Source: a virus (lineage: Duplodnaviria; Caudoviricetes). Taken from it: a stretch of 27,404 nucleotides of DNA. Made by a program: the position numbers and the translations under genes. Position 1 is the stretch's first letter. Each line of letters begins with the position of its first letter. Location of the stretch: positions 1 to 27,404 of IMG/VR virus record IMGVR_UViG_3300037308_000831. One strand, 5' to 3'. The notes under the pieces are model-generated. The model saw nothing but the letters and a program-made list of their open reading frames with translations, was not told the origin of the DNA and did not search any database. Below, in pieces: positions 1 to 8,996 of this stretch.

Positions 1-918
1 ATGAAAGACTTTATCCCTAAGGTATTATGTGGATCAGTTGATCGTCCATTGGTTATCGGTGGCAAAGAAATTCAGTGCTATGTACTTCAAGATGAACGTC
101 GCGTTGTAGTTCAAAGCGGAATGATGCAAGCTCTTGATATGAAACAAGGAACAGCCGGTAAGGGTAGTGGTGATCGGCTTGCTAAATTTATATCTACAAA
201 CTCTATTAAACCTTATGTTTCCGATGAGTTATACAGTGTGATCACAAACCCGATAAAATTCAAAACTGGCAAGGGTGTAACAGCTTATGGATATGAAGCC
301 ACCATCCTGGCAGATTTGTGTGACGCGGTTTTAGAAGCAAGAAAAAAGGGAACACTTAATTATCAGCAGACACATATCGCTGACCAATGCGAAATTCTTG
401 TGAGAGGATTCGCCCGCGTCGGTATCATAGCCCTGGTAGATGAAGCTACCGGATATCAAGAGATTAGAGCGAGAAGATCTCTTGAAGAAATATTGGATCA
501 GTTTATTTCTAAAGAACTACGAAAATGGGCTAAAACATTTCCAGATGAATTTTATAAACAGATGTTTAAGCTACGTGGCTGGCAATATATTCCATGGTCA
601 GTTAAACGTCCAAGTGTCGTTGGGCATTATACAAATGACCTAGTATATGAGAGGCTTGCTCCAGGTGTACTTGAAGAACTAAAGCGGCAAACACCAAGAG
701 ATGAAAAAGGAAGAACAAAACATCGTTTTTTTCAGAGATTGACCGAAGACGTTGGCCATCCAAGGCTTAGAGAACATTTAACCGCCGTCATAACCTTGAT
801 GAAGGCGTCTACAAAATGGGATCAATTCTACCGATTGCTGCAGAGATCTCTCCCCAAATACAGAGAACAGATCCCACTTGATTTAGAATACCCAGAAAAC
901 GTTGATAGGGAGAATTAA
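1..918 (+). CDS. P63C-domain protein (phage Mx8 p63 C-terminal family; putative DNA-binding/antirepressor-like), AT-rich moron
   Basis: Motifs 'GFARVGIIALVDEATGYQ', 'WAKTFPDEFYKQMFKLRGW' and 'VGHYTNDLVYERLAPGVLEEL' match my recollection of the P63C family. The gene is markedly lower in GC than the rest of the window and converges on the late operon. Confidence 0.8.
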   Translation: MKDFIPKVLCGSVDRPLVIGGKEIQCYVLQDERRVVVQSGMMQALDMKQGTAGKGSGDRLAKFISTNSIKPYVSDELYSVITNPIKFKTGKGVTAYGYEATILADLCDAVLEARKKGTLNYQQTHIADQCEILVRGFARVGIIALVDEATGYQEIRARRSLEEILDQFISKELRKWAKTFPDEFYKQMFKLRGWQYIPWSVKRPSVVGHYTNDLVYERLAPGVLEELKRQTPRDEKGRTKHRFFQRLTEDVGHPRLREHLTAVITLMKASTKWDQFYRLLQRSLPKYREQIPLDLEYPENVDREN

Positions 919-1044
919 AAAGGATTCTAAAATTTTCAAAGAGCATATCCCGAATTATCTAAGCCAGTCATACTATCTTGTTAATGCAGGGTTATCGGCA
1001 TAATGGCGTCATTGAATCTGGGCAATCCGATTCGTCCAATATAG

Positions 1045-1890
1045 TCAAGAGAAGGTCCGCCACATGGAGACGGACTCGTCTGCGACCAGGTACTTGTTGA
1101 CGTAGGCCGAGAGCGTGACGCTCGGCCCCCCGTCGATCGTATCCGTGCCGGAGCGCTGGATGGTGACCGTGTTCGCGCTTCCGTCGATCCGCTTGAAGAT
1201 CAGCGCCCGGCCGTTCCTGTTCGCGACCGCCTGCAGAGTGACGGTCACATTGTTCGAGGTGGCATCCAGAAGAATGATGTCGTCGTCGTCGACCACGGTG
1301 TAAGTGGCAGCCGTGATCTTGGTGAGCTTCCTGGTCATGCCGGTCAGGAACTGGATGGTCGCAAGCGTCGCATCCATGCGAATCTTGAACTTGTCCGCCC
1401 AGGTCGGAGAGGCCTCGGTCCCGGTGTTGAGCTGCACGACCAGGCTTCCGGCGGTCTCGACCACGCGGAAGTCCTTGGCGTTTACTTCGGTCCCGATCAG
1501 CCGCAGGGCCGGCGTTGAGGCTTTGAGGGCCGCCAGAACGGAGGAGAGCATGTCCGCCCAGGCCGATCCGGTGTAGACCTGGAAGCGCCCGTCGGTAGAG
1601 TTGTAGATCAGGTAGCCCGCGCCCGGCGAAGGGAGCGCGTCACGCTGGGTGGTGGTGAGCCGGGGGACGCGGATGTACTCGTCCCCGCTCTCTGACCATT
1701 TCAGCGGGCCGGTCATGTCAAGCGAGCCGTCCTTCTTCACAACCCCGCCCTCCAGCGCCCCGATCCGCCCCTCCTGGTCGTTGTGGCCGGAGACGAGTTG
1801 GTTCAGTTCGGCGTCCATCTTCTGGTCGTCGATCGGAAGGTTGCTCAGGTAGTCGTTTCCGAAATTGTAGAGTCTCGAAAGCGTGCTCAT
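1045..1890 (-). CDS. Short tail fibre / tail-associated protein (281 aa)
   Basis: Last gene of the late operon. The N-terminus 'MDAELNQLV' resembles a podophage fibre anchor, followed by the 'VPRLTTTQRDAL...GYLIYNSTDGRFQVYTGSAW' module and a Thr-rich beta-strand C-terminal domain. Confidence 0.65.
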   Translation of the reverse strand: MSTLSRLYNFGNDYLSNLPIDDQKMDAELNQLVSGHNDQEGRIGALEGGVVKKDGSLDMTGPLKWSESGDEYIRVPRLTTTQRDALPSPGAGYLIYNSTDGRFQVYTGSAWADMLSSVLAALKASTPALRLIGTEVNAKDFRVVETAGSLVVQLNTGTEASPTWADKFKIRMDATLATIQFLTGMTRKLTKITAATYTVVDDDDIILLDATSNNVTVTLQAVANRNGRALIFKRIDGSANTVTIQRSGTDTIDGGPSVTLSAYVNKYLVADESVSMWRTFS

Positions 1891-1893
1891 GCC

Positions 1894-4800
1894 CTATTCC
1901 CCCATTTCCTTTAATTCGTTCCCAAAGCGCTTCATCAACGCAGCCTTATCCGCCGGTTTCAGGTTGGGATCCCGCAGCGCCCGGTTAAGCGCGGCCTTGA
2001 GATCCGAGACCTTCGCCCGATTCTCGACGGCCGCCTGCATCGGCGTAGGCGAGACGATATTGACCCCCAGCCAGCGGCCGGCGGCCTGTTCCGGCGTGAC
2101 TTTCCGGCCGTAGCGGTCCTTCTTTCCGGTGACCGCGCGGGCTGTGTAGCCGGCGGCACCCTCGCGCGTCAGCATGGTCGGCGCCCATTTGTTGTAAAGC
2201 CACTCGGAGAGCTTGAGGGCCTTTTCGGTCGGGGAGTCCAGGCGGTTGTAGATCTCGCGCCCCGTGAAGGAGTCCCGCGGCGGATCGTCCCCCTTGCCGC
2301 TTTTCAGGCTCCAGAGCATGTCGAGATAGGGGTTTCCGATCAGCTGCACCATGCTCTCCGGCTTGCCCTCGCCTATCCCCCGGGCGAGCTCCACATGCGT
2401 CGACCAGGGGAAATAGTAGCCGAGGTTCACCCACTGGAGGTTTCCCTCCGGACTCTTCCAGGGCAAGACCGAGTAGGTGGGGTTCTTCCGAACGTACTCG
2501 GGCAGCATTTTTTTAAGCCGCTTGAAGTCTTCGTCGGTCAAATTCAGTGTAAATTTAGCGGCTTCATACATGGCGTAGGGCAGTGTCAAATATTTGGCAA
2601 TCACCCAGGGGCGCTTCTGTAAGGCCTCGGCGATCAGCGGGGTCACCTTGTACGGGTAGGACAAAAATGGAGCGGCAAACCGTCTCGCCATGCGGACCGA
2701 GGGGTCGGCGATCGAGTAGTCCATCCCCCATTTCTGGGCCTCGCGGATCGCTTTCCCGACCGGGGCTCCGGCTTCCCGCTGCTCGATGAACTTGGCGAGC
2801 TTGAAGAAGTCGTCGATCTTCCCGTAATATTTGGCCACGTCCCGGAGCTTCGAGACCACCGTCGCAAGCCCCCCGCCTTGCATCTGCTTGAAAGCCGCGA
2901 GGACCTCCCCGATCTCAGCCTCGGTCCAGTTGGTCTTGGTGAGCCCGTTCCGGAAGGCCTCCCCGTAGAGCTTCCCCTTGGTCTGCATTTCGTTTGCAGC
3001 CTTGGCCATGAAGCCGGGGATTTCGTACCAGGGGATCCCGCTCATGTTGAGCTGCACGAAGTTGGAATAGATGTTCCGCGCGGCCGTCGGCAGGTTGAGC
3101 GCGGTCTTGGAGACCTTGAAGGCCGTCATGCCCGCCTCGAAGGCCGAAATCACATTGTTGAGCGAGGCCGAGGCATGCACCTTGTCCGGGATCCGGCCGA
3201 TGAACGGAACAACGTCCCGGGCAATCTCCTTCCGCACGTAGGCGCCCGCAAGCGGCCCGTAGTGCGGGGAGTCAGGCATCTCCACAAAATCCTCAGTCAA
3301 CTTGCCGGCCTGGGCCTCGGCGTCGGAGACCGCCTTCTCAAGCCGCTTGAGCCTGTCCAGGACCTCCGGCGCCTGGGATTCGCGTGCGACCCGGCGCTGG
3401 GCTTCGAGCTCGGCCCGCACCCTGGCCAGCCCGATCTTGTGGCGTACGGGCTCCCCGCCGGCGGTGCGCTCAAGGTAGAACTGGCCGTTCGGCAGCCGCT
3501 TGACCTGCACGGGGTCTCCTGCCCGGGCATGCCTTGCCACCATCCGGTAGGCGGAGGCCAGGTCCGGAAACCGCCTGATCTCGCCCGCCTCGATCACCGA
3601 AGGCTCCCAGACCCATTCCGGGTTGCCAGCGATCTGCTCGTAGAAGTCGTGCTTCACGATGTCGGAGAGACTTTTCGAAAGCCCGTAGGGCTCGGCGACC
3701 GACACGTCCTCGACCAGGCCGATCGCCTTCCGCTGTTCGTCTGTCAAATCCTTGCGGTGTTTGAGGTAGGTGAGATCCATCCGGCCGCCCCGGCCGGTGA
3801 TGTTGAATTTGTCGCCCAGGACATGCCGGAGATACAGGTAGCGGACGTACTGGTTCTTGTGCGCCTCGAAGGCCTCCGGCGAGAGCAGCCCGCGGTTTAC
3901 CAGCATCTTCCCGATGGCGTTGTTGACTGCTTTCAGCATGTCTCCCAGCCGCTGAATCTCGGGGGAGAGCTGCACCGCCTGGCCGTCCAAATAGCGGAAG
4001 AGATCGGCCCGGGTCTGATCGTCCAGGCCCTTGGTGCGCTCGAAAACCCGCTCTACGATCTTTTCCACGCGGGCGATCCCGCCGAAGCTCTTGTAGCGGG
4101 CCTCCAGGTAGGCTTCCTTCTGCGGCAGTTGGTGGAACGGGTCGAAGAAGCCCTTGACCTTGGTGCTTTTCAGAAAGTCGATGATCGCTGGGATCGGGAT
4201 CCCGGAGTAGAGCGTTCCGCCGCCCTTCAGGCTTTTGTATCCGGCGGCCGGGGAGTCCTTGAGCGTTGAAGTCAATGGAGCGGATTCGCCGTTTACGAAT
4301 ACGTCGAAGAGTTGGAGGTTTTCGGCGGTGGCGCTCTTCATGTAGTTCAGGAACCGCTCGCGGCTGCCGCCCTTGATCGGCTCGTTGCTGAAAAAAAGAT
4401 ACCCCGCCGCGTTCGTCTTCTCGGCGGACCGGATCAGATCGGCCGCGGCCTCCGCCATCGAACGGCCCGGCTTGTGCTCCAGGAACCCCGATACGCGCAG
4501 TTTGTTGTCGAGCAGCATGAACCCCTCGGTGTCGGGTCCGTAGAGCTCGTTTTTGATCCGAACGGCCTCCTGCGGGAAGCTCGCCCGCTCGCCCGGGCGG
4601 TGGAGGGCGAAGCGGCGCTCCTTGATCGGAAGCTCGACCTTTCTCACGGCGGGCGGAATGCCCGCCTCATCGGCCGTCGGCAAGAAGGTCTTCCACTTGG
4701 TCCCGGCGATGATGATCGGAGTGGTCTCTATGTCCGCCAGTTTGAAGCCGGCCTCGACCTGTTCAAGGAGCGCTATGTCCTCGCGCGAAGGGAGTGCGCT

Positions 4801-7800
4801 GCCGCCGGGGTGGTTGTGGGCGACGAAGACCCGCTTGGTGCCGGGGACGTTCATCACCGATCCGATCATCTCGACCGGCTGGGCGTAGGCCGCGTTCTTG
4901 GTCCCCTTGGAGTAGCGGTGGATCTCGAGGATTTTGCCGGCCGCATCTACCGCGACCAGGTAGAGGTTTTCCTGCGGGCTTTTTCTGATGTGCGCCAGGA
5001 GGCTTGCGGCCTCTGCCGGCCCCCTGGCGTAGAGCGACCCTGCCCGCAGCGACCCGGTCGTCTCCATTCCGGTGCGGACGCGGGCCTTCAGGGCTTCGGG
5101 AAGAGAATGGCCTTTCGCAGCGGCGGGCGCCGGCCGGGGCTTTTCAGGAGGCGAGAAGTCGAGCTGAAGCTGCCGGTAGGCTGGCCTCGCTTCACGGATT
5201 TCGTTCCATCCGCCCTCATTGTCCTTCAGGCCCGCGGCGGATTCGGCCGGCTTGACCACGTCCTGTTTCCGGACCTGCACGCGCTGGCCGGGGGTCAGGT
5301 TGATCGTCTTGCCGTCCTGCAGGACAACGCCGAAGGGGTCCTTCTCGACCACCTCGTAAACGTCCCAGCCGGAAGCGCTGTCGTCGATCAGGGTGAGCTT
5401 ACGGCCCTTGGGCAGATCCTCGGCCTCAAGGGTGATGTATTCGCCGGGCGGGGGCTCCTCCGGCTCCCAGGCCATCTCGCGCTCGAAGCGCTTTTCGGCC
5501 TCGGTCTTGAAGCGCTCCTCCTTCGCCGCACCTTCGCCGGCCATCTTGTTCCGGCGCAGATTGGCGGGATCGCGCAGCACTTCGATCAGGCTCTCGTCCG
5601 GATGCAGCCAACCTTCTGCCCGCAGTCTATCCTCGGCGAGATCCAGGTGCTCGCCTGATTTTTTCAGGAGGAATTTGACGGCGACCGGGGCCTCTTTGAA
5701 CTCGCCCTTGAAGTTGCCGGGGTTGATCCCGCCCATCTTGTTGATCGCGCCGCGAAGCGTGGTGGTCTTTTCGACCTTGGCGATCGCAGACGGCCGCAGG
5801 GCGCGCTTCGCCCGCTCGGGCGGAATGCCCTCGGGATAGAGATTGCTAACTTTTTGAGGCTGGGTCTGGGGTGCAGCAGGCTGGGCAGGCTCGGCCGGCT
5901 TGGCGGTCAGCTCTGCTTGAGGCTGTCGATCAGGCGCTGGCGGTAGGCGGGCGGCCAGTTGTCCTTGAAAATTCCCGCTCTCGCCAGCTCGCGGTCCGAG
6001 AGGAACTTCTCTTCCAACAAGTCCTCGGCTATCCGCGACAAGGCGTCCCCCGCTTCTGGCGGCGACGGCGCGGGCGGCTTCAAGGGCTCGCTGTTGGAGG
6101 GATTCGAGGCCTCCGAACGGTTCGAGGCCTCGAACAGGGTCGGATCTTTCATAGCGAATCTCACCCCCTTTACCGACATTATGATACTTCACGCCGAGAA
6201 AGCTGTCAAAAAGCGCCTGGTCCCCGATCGTGAGCTTTCCGCCCTCCTGTTTGAACACCAGACGAGGGTCGGCCAAGTCCACGTTGTTGTCCATCAGAAC
6301 TATGTCTACCCTGGGGTCCCCGCGGAACTCGTCGAACAGCGCCCGGAAAGTCGCAATCGAGTTGTTGTGGCCCTTGATGGAGGTTTCGACGGGGATCTTG
6401 CGAGTGGAAAGCGGCGTCCCGGTTTCCTGCTCGATCAGCATGTTTCGCATGATCGAGCGCGCCTGGGACGTGCCCGCATCGATGTCGGTAAAAACCAGGT
6501 TGACCTTTGCGCCTCTATCCCTGGCGCTGCTGATCGTCCTTTTCGCCTCCTCGTAGTTTGACATGAGCGAATCGTAGATCGTGCTGTATCCCCGATCAAT
6601 GGCGATGTCGCGGAGCTTCTTGTTGACGGTCGAGCTCTGCTCGTGGAAGGCGGAGGCGTCCTCCCCGGCGTCCCAGCCGGCCTTTCGCTTCATTTCGTCA
6701 GCGTCGGCCACCACGAAGCGGCGGCGGTCGATTCCGAGCTCCCTTGTGCCGCTCGACTTCCCCGCACCCGGAGGCCCGCCGGTAAGGACGACGGTCTGCG
6801 GCCCGCCCGCCTCGGAGGGACGGGGCTGTTCGCGCAAGGTCGATTCGATCATCCAGAACTCATCCCGCGGGCGGAGTTTGAGCGGAGACTTACCCTGGCC
6901 TTCCAGCTCCCAGGGGGATTTTCCCGGAACGGTGACGGGCATCGAAGGATAGGCCCTGCGCTCAAGCGGCTTGGCGTAGAGCTGGGGGACCAGGGACGGC
7001 GACGGGACCGGTCCGCTTTGCGCTGGGCCTGCCTTGGCGGGCTTTGGTCTTCCTGTGTAGACCACGGGGAGATTGATCTGCTCAAGGGGCGGAGGCGGCG
7101 CCGGCGGCGGCTCGGGAAGGGCTGGCCGCGGGGCCTCTAAGCGAAGCGGAGGAGCCGGGAGCCTGGGGCCAGCAGCCTCTCCGACGACCTCCGCCTCGAC
7201 GACGGGAGCCGGCTTCGGCTTGGAGGAGTACATTTCGACGACCGAGGCGCGCTCGGCATACGGTCCGGCACCCGGGCCGGCATAAGGCCCCTGCTTCGGC
7301 AGCGGCGGCGCCCCCCGGCCCCGGACCGCCCGCAGCGCCGGCGACAAGGCAAAAGGCGCCATCTCAACGGCTGTGGCCGCAGCGGTTGCAAGGCCCGGGC
7401 TCCCGCTTGCCTCAAGGGTTTTTTCACCGGCGGCGCCCCCCAACTCATGCAGCTTTTCAAACGGCCAGAAGGCAATCCCGGCCGCCTGCCGCCCGCGCTC
7501 GGTCTGGGGCTGGTAGATCGTGTACTTCTGGGTCTCCTCGATCGCCTTCTGCGCGCCTTCGAGCCCACCGAAGGGAAGCGCCGCAATCCCCGCCAGTCCG
7601 CTTGCAGGAAGCCCGTAGAGGCTCGTCAGAAGAGAGGCAGCAGTCTCCCCCACCCCCACAAGCGATCGGCCCAATTCGCCCGGCTGGAAGGACTTGGCGA
7701 CTGATTTGGCAACGTCCCCGGCATCCGCGCCCGGGATTCCAGTCAGGATCTCGGAGGCCTTCTCGCCGGCCCGCTCAAGCATCCCCGGAAGCTCCGGGAC

Positions 7801-7986
7801 ATAGGACGCCTTTAACCCCTGCAGGATCTCATCGTCCCCTCTTCCGGCCAGCCGGAAAGAGCGCACCTGCCGACCCAGGTCCGAATACTTCGGGCTGCGC
7901 TCCAGTCCGTCCAGAATCTCGGCGGCATGGTAGCCCTGCTGCTCGAACTCGTTGACCTGCTCGAAGACGGATCGCGGAACGGGCAT
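1894..7986 (-). CDS. Giant polyvalent internal-virion/DNA-ejection protein (2030 aa): zeta-toxin-like P-loop kinase, RadC/JAB domain, degenerate second JAB-like domain, LPD38-like C-terminus
   Basis: Third and largest gene in the ejection-protein position. Walker A GGPPGAGKSS (6751-6780) with DADE and HEQSS motifs; JAB motif E...HNHPGG..PS..D (HNHPGG at 4801-4818); C-terminal 'NPYLD..DSFTGREIY' resembles LPD38. Confidence 0.8.
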   Translation of the reverse strand: MPVPRSVFEQVNEFEQQGYHAAEILDGLERSPKYSDLGRQVRSFRLAGRGDDEILQGLKASYVPELPGMLERAGEKASEILTGIPGADAGDVAKSVAKSFQPGELGRSLVGVGETAASLLTSLYGLPASGLAGIAALPFGGLEGAQKAIEETQKYTIYQPQTERGRQAAGIAFWPFEKLHELGGAAGEKTLEASGSPGLATAAATAVEMAPFALSPALRAVRGRGAPPLPKQGPYAGPGAGPYAERASVVEMYSSKPKPAPVVEAEVVGEAAGPRLPAPPLRLEAPRPALPEPPPAPPPPLEQINLPVVYTGRPKPAKAGPAQSGPVPSPSLVPQLYAKPLERRAYPSMPVTVPGKSPWELEGQGKSPLKLRPRDEFWMIESTLREQPRPSEAGGPQTVVLTGGPPGAGKSSGTRELGIDRRRFVVADADEMKRKAGWDAGEDASAFHEQSSTVNKKLRDIAIDRGYSTIYDSLMSNYEEAKRTISSARDRGAKVNLVFTDIDAGTSQARSIMRNMLIEQETGTPLSTRKIPVETSIKGHNNSIATFRALFDEFRGDPRVDIVLMDNNVDLADPRLVFKQEGGKLTIGDQALFDSFLGVKYHNVGKGGEIRYERSDPVRGLEPFGGLESLQQRALEAARAVAARSGGRLVADSRGLVGREVPLGPRAGESGNFQGQLAARLPPAPDRQPQAELTAKPAEPAQPAAPQTQPQKVSNLYPEGIPPERAKRALRPSAIAKVEKTTTLRGAINKMGGINPGNFKGEFKEAPVAVKFLLKKSGEHLDLAEDRLRAEGWLHPDESLIEVLRDPANLRRNKMAGEGAAKEERFKTEAEKRFEREMAWEPEEPPPGEYITLEAEDLPKGRKLTLIDDSASGWDVYEVVEKDPFGVVLQDGKTINLTPGQRVQVRKQDVVKPAESAAGLKDNEGGWNEIREARPAYRQLQLDFSPPEKPRPAPAAAKGHSLPEALKARVRTGMETTGSLRAGSLYARGPAEAASLLAHIRKSPQENLYLVAVDAAGKILEIHRYSKGTKNAAYAQPVEMIGSVMNVPGTKRVFVAHNHPGGSALPSREDIALLEQVEAGFKLADIETTPIIIAGTKWKTFLPTADEAGIPPAVRKVELPIKERRFALHRPGERASFPQEAVRIKNELYGPDTEGFMLLDNKLRVSGFLEHKPGRSMAEAAADLIRSAEKTNAAGYLFFSNEPIKGGSRERFLNYMKSATAENLQLFDVFVNGESAPLTSTLKDSPAAGYKSLKGGGTLYSGIPIPAIIDFLKSTKVKGFFDPFHQLPQKEAYLEARYKSFGGIARVEKIVERVFERTKGLDDQTRADLFRYLDGQAVQLSPEIQRLGDMLKAVNNAIGKMLVNRGLLSPEAFEAHKNQYVRYLYLRHVLGDKFNITGRGGRMDLTYLKHRKDLTDEQRKAIGLVEDVSVAEPYGLSKSLSDIVKHDFYEQIAGNPEWVWEPSVIEAGEIRRFPDLASAYRMVARHARAGDPVQVKRLPNGQFYLERTAGGEPVRHKIGLARVRAELEAQRRVARESQAPEVLDRLKRLEKAVSDAEAQAGKLTEDFVEMPDSPHYGPLAGAYVRKEIARDVVPFIGRIPDKVHASASLNNVISAFEAGMTAFKVSKTALNLPTAARNIYSNFVQLNMSGIPWYEIPGFMAKAANEMQTKGKLYGEAFRNGLTKTNWTEAEIGEVLAAFKQMQGGGLATVVSKLRDVAKYYGKIDDFFKLAKFIEQREAGAPVGKAIREAQKWGMDYSIADPSVRMARRFAAPFLSYPYKVTPLIAEALQKRPWVIAKYLTLPYAMYEAAKFTLNLTDEDFKRLKKMLPEYVRKNPTYSVLPWKSPEGNLQWVNLGYYFPWSTHVELARGIGEGKPESMVQLIGNPYLDMLWSLKSGKGDDPPRDSFTGREIYNRLDSPTEKALKLSEWLYNKWAPTMLTREGAAGYTARAVTGKKDRYGRKVTPEQAAGRWLGVNIVSPTPMQAAVENRAKVSDLKAALNRALRDPNLKPADKAALMKRFGNELKEMGE

Positions 7987-7987
7987 C

Positions 7988-8980
7988 TTACCTGAACCTC
8001 ACAGGCGGCCTGAATTCCATCTGACCGGGAGCGGCGCCGGCGCCCGCCGCCCCCATCGCGCTCTGCACGGCCTCCTGGGGCGTCATGCCGGCCGCGACGT
8101 TCTTCTCGGCCGCGAGCTTGATCGCGTCGTAGCGCTGCTGCACCTCATAGGGCAGGAACGATCTAATCTTCGCTTCGTTGGGTTTCCCGGTCATGGGATC
8201 GGAAAGCAGCATCGAGGCATTGTTCTTGAGCTCCTCCGGCAGGTTCATCTGCGCGAGCGGCCAGAACTGCGCGACCATCGCTTCAGTCACGGTCGAATAG
8301 GTGGCTGCCGGCACGCGGTATTTGCTCTCCTGGCCGAGGAGCCCGGTTTCGCGGCCGAGCTTTGCGGCCTCCGCCTCGTACTTGCCGGCCTGGGCGCCCT
8401 TGAGCCGGACCTCCGGCTGCCGCAGCGCGCCGGCGGTCGTCGCCTGCTCCTGCTTAAGCTGCGCACCGGCCATGTTCTCAACCGCCTGGCTGCCCGCCTG
8501 GGTCGTCTGGGCTTCCTTCAGAGCCTTCTCGGCCGGGGTGAGCGTCTCGATGCGGCTCGTCTCCTGGGCGAGCTTGGAAGTCTCCATCGCGGTCTTGAAC
8601 CGGTCGAGGAAGCCGGGATCGATCGACATGGCGGTCTGAATCAGCTTCGCCGGGTTTTTCACGAGATCCGGGTCCGCCTGGAGCGCCTCGGCCCAGCGCT
8701 GCCGGATGTCGGCCTGCTGCGCCGTCTGCTCAGCGCCTGCCTGCTGGAGCGCCCCGGAGTATTCGGAAAGCATATTCCCGGTGGCAAGTCCCATCGCCGG
8801 CCCGCTCCAGTCGTAGGGATTTCTGCCGGCGTGCTGCATCGCCGAATAGACCACGGGGAGCGCCGTTTGAAGCGCCTGCGCGCGGTAGGCGGAGGGAGGC
8901 GGTGCCCCAACGGGATAGGTGCTTCTGGTCCTTCCCACCGCCGGTTCCTTCTGCGTCAAAAGGCTAAGGATGCTGGCCAT
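7988..8980 (-). CDS. Putative internal virion / DNA ejection protein (330 aa)
   Basis: Ala/Gln-rich helical protein between the small and giant ejection-type genes, separated from the giant gene by 1 nt. Confidence 0.65.
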   Translation of the reverse strand: MASILSLLTQKEPAVGRTRSTYPVGAPPPSAYRAQALQTALPVVYSAMQHAGRNPYDWSGPAMGLATGNMLSEYSGALQQAGAEQTAQQADIRQRWAEALQADPDLVKNPAKLIQTAMSIDPGFLDRFKTAMETSKLAQETSRIETLTPAEKALKEAQTTQAGSQAVENMAGAQLKQEQATTAGALRQPEVRLKGAQAGKYEAEAAKLGRETGLLGQESKYRVPAATYSTVTEAMVAQFWPLAQMNLPEELKNNASMLLSDPMTGKPNEAKIRSFLPYEVQQRYDAIKLAAEKNVAAGMTPQEAVQSAMGAAGAGAAPGQMEFRPPVRFR

Positions 8981-8996
8981 CGTTTGATCTCCTTCG

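Noticed and set aside
440-643. 67-aa alternative-frame ORF inside the P63C gene
   Set aside because: Fully nested in a well-supported gene, with no independent evidence of translation.
1045-1890. Diversity-generating retroelement or invertible tail-fibre switch
   Set aside because: No reverse transcriptase, invertase or duplicated template/variable repeat is seen in the window.
2878-5658. Long plus-strand ORFs (463 aa and 448 aa) opposite the giant gene
   Set aside because: Antisense shadows of a high-GC coding strand, with no start context or recognisable motifs.
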